DNA from: a bacterium
GTDB taxonomy: Bacteria; Patescibacteriota; Minisyncoccia; Phycocordibacterales; Phycocordibacteraceae
Assembly (NCBI GenBank): GCA_021849125.1
Contig: JAJZTG010000002.1
Coordinates: forward strand, 76,573-140,572
DNA: 64,000 nt
Direction: 5' to 3'
The notes beneath the pieces were generated by a model that was given only the letters and a program-made list of their open reading frames with translations, was not told the DNA's origin and did no database searches. Of the stretch, positions 19,759 to 29,383 are shown one piece after another. Each line of letters opens with the position of its first letter. The stretch's first letter is position 1. The position numbers and the translations under genes were made by a program.

Positions 19759-21219
19759 ATGCTCCACAGGATTCCGCATGAGATTCGCCAGGTTAGCGAT
19801 CGTCTCAAAGAAGGCGGTTTCGAGGCCTATCTGGTCGGCGGTTGCGTCCGTGACCTCCTTCTCGATCACGTCCCTAAGGATTGGGATATCACTACCAATG
19901 CTACCCCAGAGCAAATTCAGGGCGTATTTCCTGACTCTTTTTACGAAAACGATTATGGCACAGTCGGGGTAAAGACCGGCAGCGATGATCCGAAGATCGC
20001 GATCGTGGAGGTGACGCCTTACCGCACGGAATCCGGCTATTCCGACAAGCGTCGTCCAGACGCCGTAACCTTCGGCACTTCCCTCTCCGAAGATCTCGCC
20101 CGTCGCGATTTTACCGTAAACGCGATCGCACTCGACACTCAAGGACACCTCACCGACCCGTACGATGGTCAAAAGGACATAAAAGACAAGGTTATTCGCG
20201 CCGTCGGCAATCCCTCCGAGCGTTTCGGTGAGGATGCACTTCGCATGCTCCGGGCCGTTCGTTTCGTGGCTCAGCTCGGTTTTGGTATAGACGGCGCGAC
20301 CGCAGCGGCAATTAGTGAAAATAAGGCCAATCTAAGCCATGTTTCACGTGAACGAGTGCGTGATGAGCTCGTCCGTATCCTGGAATCGAAGAGTCCCATG
20401 GATGCGCTTGCGCTCGCCCAGCGCCTCGGGATTCTCGAATATATTTCCAAGGATCTCCCGCGTGGCGTGGGTATCGAGCAGAACCAGGCCCACTCCTACG
20501 ATGTCTTTGAGCACTTGCTTCGCACCATGCAGCATGCAGCCGATAAGGACTGGAATTTCGACATCCGCCTAGCTGGCCTTTTTCATGACATCTCTAAGCC
20601 TGAAACGCGTCGCTGGTCTGAAGAGAAGAAGGACTGGACTTTCCATGGGCATGAGGTGGTTGGTTCACGTGTAACGAAAAAGGCCCTCGAAGACCTCCGT
20701 TTTTCACGCGAAACGATAGAAAAGGTAGTAAAACTGGTGCGTTGGCACATGTTTTTCTCCGATCCTGACCAGATTACGCTCTCGGCCGTACGTCGCATGA
20801 TCGTGAACGTGGGGGAGGAGAACATCTGGGATCTCCTGAATTTGCGTATCTGTGACCGTATCGGGACCGGGCGTCCGAAGGAACAGCCGTTCCGCTTCCG
20901 TAAGTATAAAGCGATGGTGGAGCAGGCTCTCAGAGACCCGGTGTCCGTAAAGATGCTAAAGACAGACGGCAGCCGGATCATGGAGAAGTTCCACGTGAAA
21001 GCGGGGCCGAAGGTCGGTTATGTCCTCAACGCGCTCCTTGAGGAGGTGCTCGATAATCCGGCACTCAATAAGGCTGACTATCTAGACGAGCGGACACAAA
21101 CGCTCCTTGAGATGCCGGAAGAGGAGCTTCGTCGCCTTGGCGAGTCTGGAAAGCAGAGAAGGGAAGCTGCCGAGGAGGAAGAGATCCAGCATATCATGGA
21201 AAAGCACCACGTGTGCTAG
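19759..21219 (+). CDS. cca: CCA-adding tRNA nucleotidyltransferase with C-terminal HD domain
   Basis: PolyA-polymerase head domain (GGCVRDLLL...DWD) plus an HD domain. It is transcribed divergently from the tRNA-Arg/Gly locus. Confidence 0.85.
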   Translation: MLHRIPHEIRQVSDRLKEGGFEAYLVGGCVRDLLLDHVPKDWDITTNATPEQIQGVFPDSFYENDYGTVGVKTGSDDPKIAIVEVTPYRTESGYSDKRRPDAVTFGTSLSEDLARRDFTVNAIALDTQGHLTDPYDGQKDIKDKVIRAVGNPSERFGEDALRMLRAVRFVAQLGFGIDGATAAAISENKANLSHVSRERVRDELVRILESKSPMDALALAQRLGILEYISKDLPRGVGIEQNQAHSYDVFEHLLRTMQHAADKDWNFDIRLAGLFHDISKPETRRWSEEKKDWTFHGHEVVGSRVTKKALEDLRFSRETIEKVVKLVRWHMFFSDPDQITLSAVRRMIVNVGEENIWDLLNLRICDRIGTGRPKEQPFRFRKYKAMVEQALRDPVSVKMLKTDGSRIMEKFHVKAGPKVGYVLNALLEEVLDNPALNKADYLDERTQTLLEMPEEELRRLGESGKQRREAAEEEEIQHIMEKHHVC

Positions 21220-21242
21220 TTACACGTGGAACAAGCTAAGAG

Positions 21243-21270
21243 AAAGGCCGCAGATGCGGCCTTTCTGATT
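21243..21270 (+). terminator. rho-independent terminator after cca
   Basis: GAAAGGCCGCAGATGCGGCCTTTC followed by TGATT. Confidence 0.6.
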
Positions 21271-21562
21271 CACGTGTAACGTCTCTATAAAATAACAAAG
21301 CCGCCCTAGTGGTCGAAGCGGGGTAAGGAGCAGGGGCGTAAATGATTGCTTCAGCCGAGAAGTTTGGGCAGCTTGTTTTATGTTTTCGCGCTTTCACGTG
21401 AACCTGCGCCAGGTGGCTTGTAAGACGGATACGCCGTCGAGCGGTGGCAGGGCTAGTCGCTTATGCGCTTGATCGAAAGGATCCAGTAAAGATCAGTCGG
21501 TCTGAAAGTAATACTAGCGCTCTTAAGGACAGAGTAAAGGACACCCCTGTGGATAATGTCTT

Positions 21563-22330
21563 TTATGAGAGAGTAATGGTGACAGGGCAGTGGTCGCTGC
21601 CGTAGATTTCGGGAAGGATGTCGGCACCTTTGACCCGCTTCATGAATTCGTTTGCCACGAAGAAGTAGTCGATGCGCCAGCCGACGTTCCTGTCGCGCGC
21701 ACGCGTCTGCATATCCCAGTAGCTATAGGCTTCTTTGGTGTTCGGGTGGAAATGGCGGAAAGAATCGACATAGCCCGCATTTACGACCTCATCGATCCAG
21801 GCGCGCTCTTCCTCGAGGAAGCCTGTGGTGTGCTCATTCTGTTTCGGGCGGGCGAGGTCTATTTCCTCATGGGCGGTATTTACATCACCGCAGAAGATCA
21901 CCGGTTTTTTCTTGCGCAAATGTTCGGCAAAATCGAGGAACGCATCGTAAAAACGCAGCTTGTAGTCGAGTCGGTGCGGCCCTTGTCCCGCATTGGGGAA
22001 GTAAACGTTCAGGAGCCAGAAGTCATCGAATTCGGCACCGATGACGCGGCCCTCCTGGTCGAATTCCTCGATGCCCATGCCGTAGATAACCTTGAGCGGC
22101 TCGACCTTCGAGTAGAGCGCGACGCCGCTGTAGCCTTTGCGTACTTTGGACGAAGAGAAGAATGCCGAGTAGCCAGCAGGGGAGAGGAAGGTCTCGGAGA
22201 GCTGCTCCGGCGAGGCCTTGGTCTCTTGAAGGCAGAAGATGTCGGGCTTCGTTTTTTTGAGGAAGTCCTCCCAGTAGCCGTTCTTCCCGAGCGAACGCAG
22301 GCCGTTTACGTTCCAGGAAACTATTTTCAT
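21563..22330 (-). CDS. xth: exodeoxyribonuclease III (AP endonuclease, Xth family)
   Basis: MKIVSWNVNGLR...CLQETK...SDHCPV. Start chosen at 22330; the track ORF has an N-terminal extension. Confidence 0.85.
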   Translation of the reverse strand: MKIVSWNVNGLRSLGKNGYWEDFLKKTKPDIFCLQETKASPEQLSETFLSPAGYSAFFSSSKVRKGYSGVALYSKVEPLKVIYGMGIEEFDQEGRVIGAEFDDFWLLNVYFPNAGQGPHRLDYKLRFYDAFLDFAEHLRKKKPVIFCGDVNTAHEEIDLARPKQNEHTTGFLEEERAWIDEVVNAGYVDSFRHFHPNTKEAYSYWDMQTRARDRNVGWRIDYFFVANEFMKRVKGADILPEIYGSDHCPVTITLS

Positions 22331-22370
22331 GTGGGCATTGTACCTCGTTTCGGTGCGGTATGCTGGGGAC

Positions 22371-22868
22371 ATGGACGCGATGCAAGCAGGGCAATTTAGA
22401 TTCAAGAGGACCGACATCTGGCGGGAAGGCGAGTGGCTCGACCTCTGGAGTGTCGTGCACCTCCTTTCCGGCGTCTCGACCGGGTTCGCTCTCTATGTGG
22501 TGCATTTCGGAGCATCTGCGTCGTTGGTGCTCGCTTTCGTCCTCTTCGTAGCCTATGAGCTGTGGGAAGCGATGGTGCGGATCAAGGAGACGCCCGCGAA
22601 TCGCTTCATGGATGTTGTCGTTGGCATGGTCGGGTTCTACCCGGCGTTCGTATTCATTGCACCGGTGTTCAGCGGGACGACGTTCTGGGGCGTATTTGCA
22701 GCGATACTCACGGTGAACATATGGATGGCTACGCTCGGATGGATCGCATCGCAAAAAGCCGCAGCACTCGAGCGCCGGCTTCGCGCACGGTATCTGCGCG
22801 GGAAGACGCGAGCACGCGAACGTGCGATGCGCCTACGTCAGAAGTTCATGCACCGGCCTTATCGATAG
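22371..22868 (+). CDS. hypothetical 4-TM membrane protein
   Basis: Hydrophobic helices and a basic C-terminal tail. Divergent from xth; start chosen at MDAMQAG. Confidence 0.5.
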   Translation: MDAMQAGQFRFKRTDIWREGEWLDLWSVVHLLSGVSTGFALYVVHFGASASLVLAFVLFVAYELWEAMVRIKETPANRFMDVVVGMVGFYPAFVFIAPVFSGTTFWGVFAAILTVNIWMATLGWIASQKAAALERRLRARYLRGKTRARERAMRLRQKFMHRPYR

Positions 22869-22892
22869 TATTTAGCGCGCAAACACCTCAAG

Positions 22893-23810
22893 CTATGTTC
22901 GTCGGGAGTGATATTTCTTGTGGATCTCGCGTAGGTGGGCATCGGTGACGTGAGTGTAGATCTGGGTAGTATTGATCGAGGCGTGGCCGAGGAGCTGCTG
23001 CACGGAGCGGATGTCGGCCCCGTTGCTCAGAAGATCGGTCGCGAAGGCGTGGCGCAGGGTGTGCGGAGTGACGATCGAGGTGATGCCGGCGCGCGCGACG
23101 TAGTTTTTCAGATGACGCTGCACATCGCGCGGTGTGATGCGATGCGGGTGTTTCGGGCGACCGTCGACGAAAAGCGCCTCCTCCATATCGTCGCGTGCTT
23201 TCAAGTAAGTACGGACCGCCTCCTTTGCGGCAGGGGAGAGGAAGACGACGCGGACCTTCTCGCCCTTTCCGCGCACCGAAAGCTCGTCACGGGAGAGGTC
23301 GAGGTCGCTGTTGAGCGAGCAGAGTTCGCTCACGCGAAGTCCGGTCGAGAAAAGCATCTCGAAGATCGCCGTGTCGCGTAGGTACGCGCGCTTTTTATGC
23401 GGATCGGTCTCTTTTGCAGCGGCCTCACGAGGTGCTTTCATGAGCCGGTCGAGCTCGGAGGAAGTGATGAGGTCGAGCTGGCGCTCAGGGAGCTTCGCAA
23501 GCTCGATCTTCTCGGGTGAGATAGCTGGCATATCGCGCTTCCGGAGAAACTTGAGGAACGCGCGCAGCGCGATCATGTAGTAATTCTGCGTGCGTCGCTT
23601 CATCGAGTCGCGGCCGGAGCCTGGTTGGCGGTTGAGCCAGAGACGGAACTCGCGGATGTTCTGCTCGGTGATGTCGCCAGTGGTTTTCACACCCATCTGT
23701 TCGAAGTAGCGGGAGAGATAGTGGTCGTAATTCTCGACGGTTTTGACCGCACGGCCGCGCTCGATCTCTATATATTCAAGAAATTGCCGTTTTGCCGCCT
23801 GGGCGTCCAT
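22893..23810 (-). CDS. xerC: tyrosine site-specific recombinase, Xer-type
   Basis: Catalytic residues R, HxxR and Y in ...TPHTLRHAFATDLLSNGADIRSVQQLLGHASINTTQIYTHV. Start chosen at MDAQAAKRQF (23810). Confidence 0.85.
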   Translation of the reverse strand: MDAQAAKRQFLEYIEIERGRAVKTVENYDHYLSRYFEQMGVKTTGDITEQNIREFRLWLNRQPGSGRDSMKRRTQNYYMIALRAFLKFLRKRDMPAISPEKIELAKLPERQLDLITSSELDRLMKAPREAAAKETDPHKKRAYLRDTAIFEMLFSTGLRVSELCSLNSDLDLSRDELSVRGKGEKVRVVFLSPAAKEAVRTYLKARDDMEEALFVDGRPKHPHRITPRDVQRHLKNYVARAGITSIVTPHTLRHAFATDLLSNGADIRSVQQLLGHASINTTQIYTHVTDAHLREIHKKYHSRRT

Positions 23811-23829
23811 ACGAAAATGGTAGCATGCG

Positions 23830-23861
23830 AAGTGCGCACAATATGACGTTGTTGCGCACAA
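23830..23861. promoter_or_regulatory. dif-like imperfect inverted repeat (candidate Xer recombination site or operator) immediately upstream of the xer gene
   Basis: AAGTGCGCACAA-TATGACG-TTGTTGCGCACAA. The adjacent region carries further GCGC-rich palindromes, including TTGCGCGCAAAACGCGCGCAAG. Confidence 0.35.
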
Positions 23862-24010
23862 ACGAATGCAAAGACGCGCTTGCGCGCAAAACGCGCGCAA
23901 GAACGTGCGAAATTGCGGACCATCCCGCACATTCTCGCCGAGAGGCTCCCGAGCTCGTTATTACGAAAGACTTGCGCTTTTTGGCAAGACGTGGTAGGGT
24001 AGGACTAATC

Positions 24011-24277
24011 ATGCTTACCACGAAGAAAAAGACTACCGTCATCAAGGGCGTAGCTCGCCATGACACGGACACCGGCTCGGCCGATGTGCAGATCGCTCTT
24101 TTGAGCAAGCAGATCGACGAGCTCGCCAAGCACCTGAAGAAGAACCCGAAGGATTTCCATTCTCGCCGCGGACTTCTCCAGATGGTGGCCGATCGTCGCG
24201 CACACCTCCGCTATCTCGAGACCAACAACAAGCGCCGCTATACGGCACTTATCAAGAAACTCGGTCTCAAGAAGTAA
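24011..24277 (+). CDS. rpsO: 30S ribosomal protein S15
   Basis: MLTTKKKTTVIKG...HLKKNPKDFHSRRGLLQMVADRRAHLRYL. RBS AGGAC upstream of the start. Confidence 0.9.
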   Translation: MLTTKKKTTVIKGVARHDTDTGSADVQIALLSKQIDELAKHLKKNPKDFHSRRGLLQMVADRRAHLRYLETNNKRRYTALIKKLGLKK

Positions 24278-24280
24278 TCA

Positions 24281-24315
24281 CGAAGGCTGCGTTACGCAGC
24301 CTTCGCTGTTTTTAG
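24281..24315 (+). terminator. rho-independent terminator after rpsO
   Basis: CGAAGGCTGCGTTACGCAGCCTTCG followed by CTGTTTTTA. Confidence 0.7.
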
Positions 24316-24390
24316 GCGCAGGAGCAGTGGTACCATGAAGTGAGCAGTATTGCTGCTTTTTATCCCGTTCGTTTTCATAAGATTCTTTTT

Positions 24391-24906
24391 ATGGCAGTTA
24401 TCAAACATCAGGCACAGCGCGTAGGCGTGTTCATCGATACGCAGAACCTCTACCACAGTGCGAAACATCTCTACAAAGCACGCGTCAATTTCGGCGCGAT
24501 ACTCGATGAGGCCGTGAGCGGCCGTATACTCGTGCGTGCGATCGCCTACGTCATCAAGACGGAAGGCGGCGAGGAAAAGGGTTTCTTCGATGCGCTTACC
24601 AAGATCGGTATCGAGACCAAGGTCAAGGATCTCCAGATCTTCGCTGATGGCGCAAAGAAGGCCGACTGGGATGTCGGGATCGCGATCGATGCAGTGAAGC
24701 TCGCACCGAAGCTCGACACGGTCATTCTCGTCACGGGCGACGGCGACTTCGTACCCTTGATCGAGTATCTCGATATGAACGAGGGGTGCCAGGTTGAGGT
24801 CATCTCCTTCGGGAAATCCTCCTCCGCGAAGCTTAAGGAGGCTGCACATGCCTTCACCGACATGTGCGACAATCCGCACAAATTCACCATCTCGTCGCGT
24901 TCGTAA
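24391..24906 (+). CDS. NYN-domain (LabA-like) protein
   Basis: VFIDTQNLY...DVGIAIDA...ILVTGDGDFVPL. Start chosen at MAVIKHQAQ. Confidence 0.75.
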   Translation: MAVIKHQAQRVGVFIDTQNLYHSAKHLYKARVNFGAILDEAVSGRILVRAIAYVIKTEGGEEKGFFDALTKIGIETKVKDLQIFADGAKKADWDVGIAIDAVKLAPKLDTVILVTGDGDFVPLIEYLDMNEGCQVEVISFGKSSSAKLKEAAHAFTDMCDNPHKFTISSRS

Positions 24907-24945
24907 ATAGCACTACCGTCCCCATGCGGTATCATATGCATACGC

Positions 24946-26007
24946 ATGGATACGAATCCGAAAAGGGAAGAGAACGTTCCGGAGAAATACATCCGGACTT
25001 TTCAAAGCGACATGGCGACTCTCGAGGAAGGGAGGACGCCCAATCTCACCCCTCTTTCCGAGGAAGCAACGCCTGAGGAGCGGCTGGTCGCCGCTTCTCC
25101 GTTTGATCGACCTCAAGCGTCTGCTGCTCCCGAAGTGATCGAGGTGCCAGCGCCAACCGCACCGACCGGTCCGACCCCTATCAAGACCTACTCAGGGGAT
25201 TTTCAAGATCGAGTAAAAGAGACACAAGCTTCGACCGCGTCCATCCTTGCAGCAGAAGGTGATGCAGCACGAGTATCTGCGCCTGCGGCCGCTCAGAAAC
25301 GCAAGAATATCCTCGCAATCGTCCTAAGCCTTATCCTCATCGCTATCGGCGGATCAGGCGCGACGTATGCGTATCTGCGATATCAAGCCGCGCACGCGCC
25401 GGTCCCGGTGGCACCTGCGCCTAAAGCCCCGATCTTCGTCGACACTACCGAGGAACTTTCCGTAACAGGAAAAGAACTGCTCGCCGCTCTTGCTGTTTCG
25501 GCTCAGAAGCCGCTTTCTCCTGGGACGGTTCGTCTGCTCACGCTCGCATCTTCCACGACCGCGACGACGACCAACATCTTCCTTTCGCTTAACCTGCCTG
25601 CACCGGGCATCTTGCTGCGCAACGTCGATCCTGAGGGCGGCATGGCGGGGATTCTCAATACGACTTCCGGCGAGAGTCCTTTCTTCATACTCGCTGTGAC
25701 GGATTACAGCCCGAGTTTTTCCGGCATGCTCTCATGGGAGCCTACGATGCAGGGGGACCTGGCGACGCTCTACCCGATGCCGCTCTTGCCGCAGGCGACC
25801 ACCACGGCTACTTCGACGCAATCAGCCACCCCGCCCTCCTTCAGTGATGACGCAGTGCAGAACCATAACGTGCGTGTTCTCAAGACTGCCGACGGAAAGA
25901 GCATCATGCTCTACGGCTATTGGAACCCATCGACGCTCGTGATCGCGCGCGATCCGGCTGCTTTTATCGAAATCCTCAACCGGCTCGCGACCTCGCACAC
26001 CCAGTGA
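24946..26007 (+). CDS. hypothetical single-pass membrane protein with a Pro-rich N-terminal cytoplasmic region
   Basis: TM helix ILAIVLSLILIAIGGSGATYAYL and a Thr-rich extracytoplasmic domain. No family assigned. Confidence 0.55.
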   Translation: MDTNPKREENVPEKYIRTFQSDMATLEEGRTPNLTPLSEEATPEERLVAASPFDRPQASAAPEVIEVPAPTAPTGPTPIKTYSGDFQDRVKETQASTASILAAEGDAARVSAPAAAQKRKNILAIVLSLILIAIGGSGATYAYLRYQAAHAPVPVAPAPKAPIFVDTTEELSVTGKELLAALAVSAQKPLSPGTVRLLTLASSTTATTTNIFLSLNLPAPGILLRNVDPEGGMAGILNTTSGESPFFILAVTDYSPSFSGMLSWEPTMQGDLATLYPMPLLPQATTTATSTQSATPPSFSDDAVQNHNVRVLKTADGKSIMLYGYWNPSTLVIARDPAAFIEILNRLATSHTQ

Positions 26008-26031
26008 GCAGGTTTGCTATCATTAACGATC

Positions 26032-26382
26032 ATGAACACCGAACACTACAAACAGAAACTCGAAGAAGAGAAGGGGAGACTTGAGTCAGAGATGGCGACG
26101 ATCGGGAAACCTAACCCTGCGGTCCCTGGCGACTGGGAACCGGTGCCTCCTGAGACCGGCATGGAGCCCGACGTGCTCGACCAAGCGGACATCTTCGAAG
26201 CGCAAGATACCAATCGCGCGATCTTCGCGGATCTTGAAGCGCGGTACGACAAGGTGCTTGCCGCCCTTGAGCGAGTAGACGACGGCACGTTTGGCGTCTG
26301 CAGCGTATGCGGCGCGCCCATAGAAGAAGGACGTCTTGAAGCTGATCTCACGGCCGCGACGTGCGTCGCGCACCTTTCCTAG
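26032..26382 (+). CDS. DksA/TraR-family C4-type zinc-finger protein
   Basis: Coiled-coil N-terminus and C-terminal CSVCGAPIEEGRLEA...ATCVAH, similar to YteA/GS16O-like proteins. Confidence 0.7.
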   Translation: MNTEHYKQKLEEEKGRLESEMATIGKPNPAVPGDWEPVPPETGMEPDVLDQADIFEAQDTNRAIFADLEARYDKVLAALERVDDGTFGVCSVCGAPIEEGRLEADLTAATCVAHLS

Positions 26383-26388
26383 AAATAC

Positions 26389-27960
26389 ATGGCAGGGAAC
26401 ACGCCGACCTCAAAAAAGCAGGCAGCGGTTCCAAACAGCGGATTAAAACACGGCTATGCAAAGACGCTTGCCGCGCAACCTGTCGGCGCACAAGCGGAAA
26501 TCGTAATCGTCGAAGCCGACCTCACGCGCGGGCTGCATAATTTCGCGGTGGTCGGCCTTGCGGACAAAGCCGTCGAGGAAGCGCGCGACCGCGTGAGTGC
26601 TGCTATCCGGCACTCAGGGCTTAAGCCGCCCAAGCAGCAGAACAAGCGGATCGTCCTCTCGCTCTCGCCGGCAGACCTTAAGAAGGAAGGGTCGCACTAC
26701 GACCTTCCGCTTGCGGTAGCGTACCTCATCGCTGCAGGCGATATCGCTCCTGATGTGGAGGACGCGCTTTTCATCGGGGAGCTTGCGCTTGATGGCGGCA
26801 TCCGCGATGTGCGCGGCGTCTTGCCACAGGTACTTGCTGCAAAACGTGCCGGCGTCAAGAAGATCTTCGTACCGAAAGGGAATGCGAAGGAAGCGCTTCT
26901 TGCCGGTGAAGTCGCGATCTATGCCCCCGCCTCACTTGCGGAACTGCTCTCGCATCTGCGCGGGGAGAAACCGCTCGCATGTCTCGTTCGTGACCGCACG
27001 GAAGCACCGCGTCCCCTCACGATCGATCTCTCTGACGTGAAAGGGCAGGAAAGTGCCAAGCGTGCGCTTGAGATCGCAGCCGCGGGCCGGCACAACATCG
27101 TTTTCTACGGACCGCCGGGCACAGGCAAGACGATGCTTGCTCGTGCGCTCGCGGGTATCCTGCCGCCCTTGACCGACGACGAGATGCTTGAGGTGACCGC
27201 GATCCACTCGACTGCCGGACTTCTGGGTGATGGCGAAGCGATCGAGTGGCCGCCATTCCGTGCGCCGCATCATTCCGTATCCCATGTCGCTATCGTAGGC
27301 GGTGGCGCATTCCCGAAAGCGGGTGAAGTGACCCTTGCGCACAAGGGCGTGCTGTTTCTCGACGAGTTTCCCGAGTTCGAGTCGCGCGTGCTTGAGGCGC
27401 TTCGCCAACCGCTCGAGGATCGGGTCGTGACCGTATCGCGCGCACGAGCGACCGTGACTTTCCCGGCCGACTGCATGATCGTCGCCGCGATGAACCCGGC
27501 CGAGACGCTTTCAGAAGACGCGCAAACGGCCGTACGCGCAGCCGCGAAACAAGCACGACGCATCAGCCGGCCGATCGTCGACCGGCTCGACCTCTGGATC
27601 GAGGTGCCGCATGTCCCGCATGAGACGCTCGCTGGCCTTTCAAGCGGAGAATCCTCCGAGGAAGTGCGCAAACGCGTGGTCGCCGCACGGGAACGTGTGA
27701 CGAAACGTTCTGGAAAGAATGGAATGACCAATGCCGCGCTTACCGGTCGTGAGCTTGATGAGAAAAGCGGTTTTACGCCCGAAGCGAAGTCGGCGCTCAC
27801 GGCTGCCGCAACGCGGCTCAATCTTTCGCCGCGCAGTTACCATCGCACGATGCGCGTTGCGCGGACTATCGCGGATCTTGCCGGGAGTACTGCGGTTACG
27901 CCCGCTTTCATACATGAGGCGCTCCAGTATCGGCCGCGCGGCGTGTTCGGTTTCGAATAA
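26389..27960 (+). CDS. comM: YifB/ComM-family Mg-chelatase-like AAA+ ATPase
   Basis: Lon-like N-terminal domain followed by [11 protein letters not shown] and a ChlI-like C-terminus. Confidence 0.85.
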   Translation: MAGNTPTSKKQAAVPNSGLKHGYAKTLAAQPVGAQAEIVIVEADLTRGLHNFAVVGLADKAVEEARDRVSAAIRHSGLKPPKQQNKRIVLSLSPADLKKEGSHYDLPLAVAYLIAAGDIAPDVEDALFIGELALDGGIRDVRGVLPQVLAAKRAGVKKIFVPKGNAKEALLAGEVAIYAPASLAELLSHLRGEKPLACLVRDRTEAPRPLTIDLSDVKGQESAKRALEIAAAGRHNIVFYGPPGTGKTMLARALAGILPPLTDDEMLEVTAIHSTAGLLGDGEAIEWPPFRAPHHSVSHVAIVGGGAFPKAGEVTLAHKGVLFLDEFPEFESRVLEALRQPLEDRVVTVSRARATVTFPADCMIVAAMNPAETLSEDAQTAVRAAAKQARRISRPIVDRLDLWIEVPHVPHETLAGLSSGESSEEVRKRVVAARERVTKRSGKNGMTNAALTGRELDEKSGFTPEAKSALTAAATRLNLSPRSYHRTMRVARTIADLAGSTAVTPAFIHEALQYRPRGVFGFE

Positions 27961-27982
27961 TCAGTGCGGTATACTTTTCTTT

Positions 27983-28759
27983 ATGGGCATCATCTCCCGG
28001 TTCGCGACAATCTCATCCGAAGATAAAGCACGTGCGGTGAAAATCTTGGTCGAGGGATCAACCCGCGATTTTGATTTCTTTTTCATGCTGACCCTCTCGG
28101 TCTTGATGGCCACGTTCGGCCTTTTGGCGGGAAGCGAGACGGTGGTTATCGGCTCGATGCTCCTTGCGCCGCTTCTGTATCCGGTTCTTGGCGTCGCCCT
28201 CGGCGTCTCGATGTCGGATCCGCTCCTCGTAAGCCGTTCGCTCGGAACCGTCGTCCGTTCCATGCTCGTCGCGATCGGCACCGCAATGTTCGCGACCTGG
28301 CTCTTCGCCTTCGGCTTCGCTGACGGGAACGTGAATGCGGTCATCGCGTCGCGTATACAGCCGAACCTCCTCTTCCTTCTCGTGGGCGTCATCTCCGGTC
28401 TCGCTGTCTCGTATGCGCTCGTGCGCCCGAAACTTTCCGAAACGTTGCCAGGGGTCGCCGTTTCGGTCGCACTCCTTCCGCCGCTTGCGGTCGTAGGTAT
28501 CGGTATCGCCTGGTTCGATCTTGCGATCGTCTCAGGAGCACTCATGATGTTCATCGTAAACGTTATCGGCATCATGGCAGCTGGCATGACGAGTTTCTCG
28601 CTCATGAACGTGCATGGGGAGCAGAAGATTGCACAGAAGACGATCGTGAAAGAAGAACAGCGCGTACAAAAAGAGATCGCGCAGGTAACTGCGGCGGATG
28701 TCGAAACAGCGATGAAGACGATCACGGAAAAACCGGAAGAGAATATTTCAAATCCATAA
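27983..28759 (+). CDS. DUF389-family membrane protein
   Basis: Multi-TM protein with an N-terminal cytoplasmic segment. Start chosen at MGIISRF, just after the comM stop. Confidence 0.7.
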   Translation: MGIISRFATISSEDKARAVKILVEGSTRDFDFFFMLTLSVLMATFGLLAGSETVVIGSMLLAPLLYPVLGVALGVSMSDPLLVSRSLGTVVRSMLVAIGTAMFATWLFAFGFADGNVNAVIASRIQPNLLFLLVGVISGLAVSYALVRPKLSETLPGVAVSVALLPPLAVVGIGIAWFDLAIVSGALMMFIVNVIGIMAAGMTSFSLMNVHGEQKIAQKTIVKEEQRVQKEIAQVTAADVETAMKTITEKPEENISNP

Positions 28760-29279
28760 TTTTAAGGGATATCGCATGAACAAGACGGCCTGCCACTCTC
28801 GTGGCAGGCCGTTCCCTATGCGCATTCGGGTATTGTTTCTTTGCAGGCCGCATGTATCTCGGGACCAGTGAACCAAACGAGTTCTCCAGAATCAAACCCG
28901 TGCCGGCTTTGGAAGAGTTCGTAAGCGCAGCGCGGAAGGTAGAGCTTGTAGTAGATCGCGAGGTCGCCTCATCGTTGCGTACTCCTTCGGCGTATGTCTT
29001 TCCGTCAGGGATGGTACGTATCTCGTGTGTCCTGAAAAACGCAGTGCGAGAGACGCACACGTTTCCCATGAGCCTGAAGACTGCCGCTGAGCTATAGACA
29101 CCCCGGAGAGGATAGGTTGGCCCAGGCTTCATACGCTGCAGCATGGCAGCGATGATATAGCGGTACGGGTCCCCTCCATTGTCTTGTTCGTGCGGATCCC
29201 CTTGGGAGTTCGTAGCGACCGATATGCTCACTCCGCCACATGCAAAGATAAGAACTAGGAAAATGATCAGGTAGCGCAT
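28722..29279 (-). CDS. putative small lipoprotein (hypothetical)
   Basis: RBS GGAGGG sits 8 nt upstream of the ATG at 29279. N-terminus MRYLIIFLVLIFACGG has a lipobox-like LIFAC. The remainder is low-complexity, so the true extent is uncertain. Confidence 0.45.
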   Translation of the reverse strand: MRYLIIFLVLIFACGGVSISVATNSQGDPHEQDNGGDPYRYIIAAMLQRMKPGPTYPLRGVYSSAAVFRLMGNVCVSRTAFFRTHEIRTIPDGKTYAEGVRNDEATSRSTTSSTFRAALTNSSKAGTGLILENSFGSLVPRYMRPAKKQYPNAHRERPATRVAGRLVHAISLKIMDLKYSLPVFP

Positions 29280-29320
29280 GATAACTGCCCTCCTTCCGAT
29301 TGTCTGTATTAGGTATACCG

Positions 29321-29358
29321 CTTTTTTGAAAAAACTAAAAGTCCGCCAAAGCGCGGAC
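29321..29358 (-). terminator. rho-independent terminator after the M23 peptidase gene
   Basis: Minus strand reads GTCCGC-GCTTTG-GCGGAC followed by TTTTAGTTTTTTC. Confidence 0.55.
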
Positions 29359-29383
29359 CTTTAGCTGTATGGGAAACGTAGAA

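Noticed and set aside
21220-21562. Identification of the intergenic region as SRP RNA, tmRNA or RNase P RNA
   Set aside because: Could not find the SRP domain IV GGAA/AGCAG motifs, tmRNA tRNA-like ends or RNase P P4 signatures by eye. Kept only as an unclassified ncRNA candidate.
21590-22399. 269-aa plus-strand ORF
   Set aside because: Antisense to xth; xth motifs are unambiguous on the minus strand.
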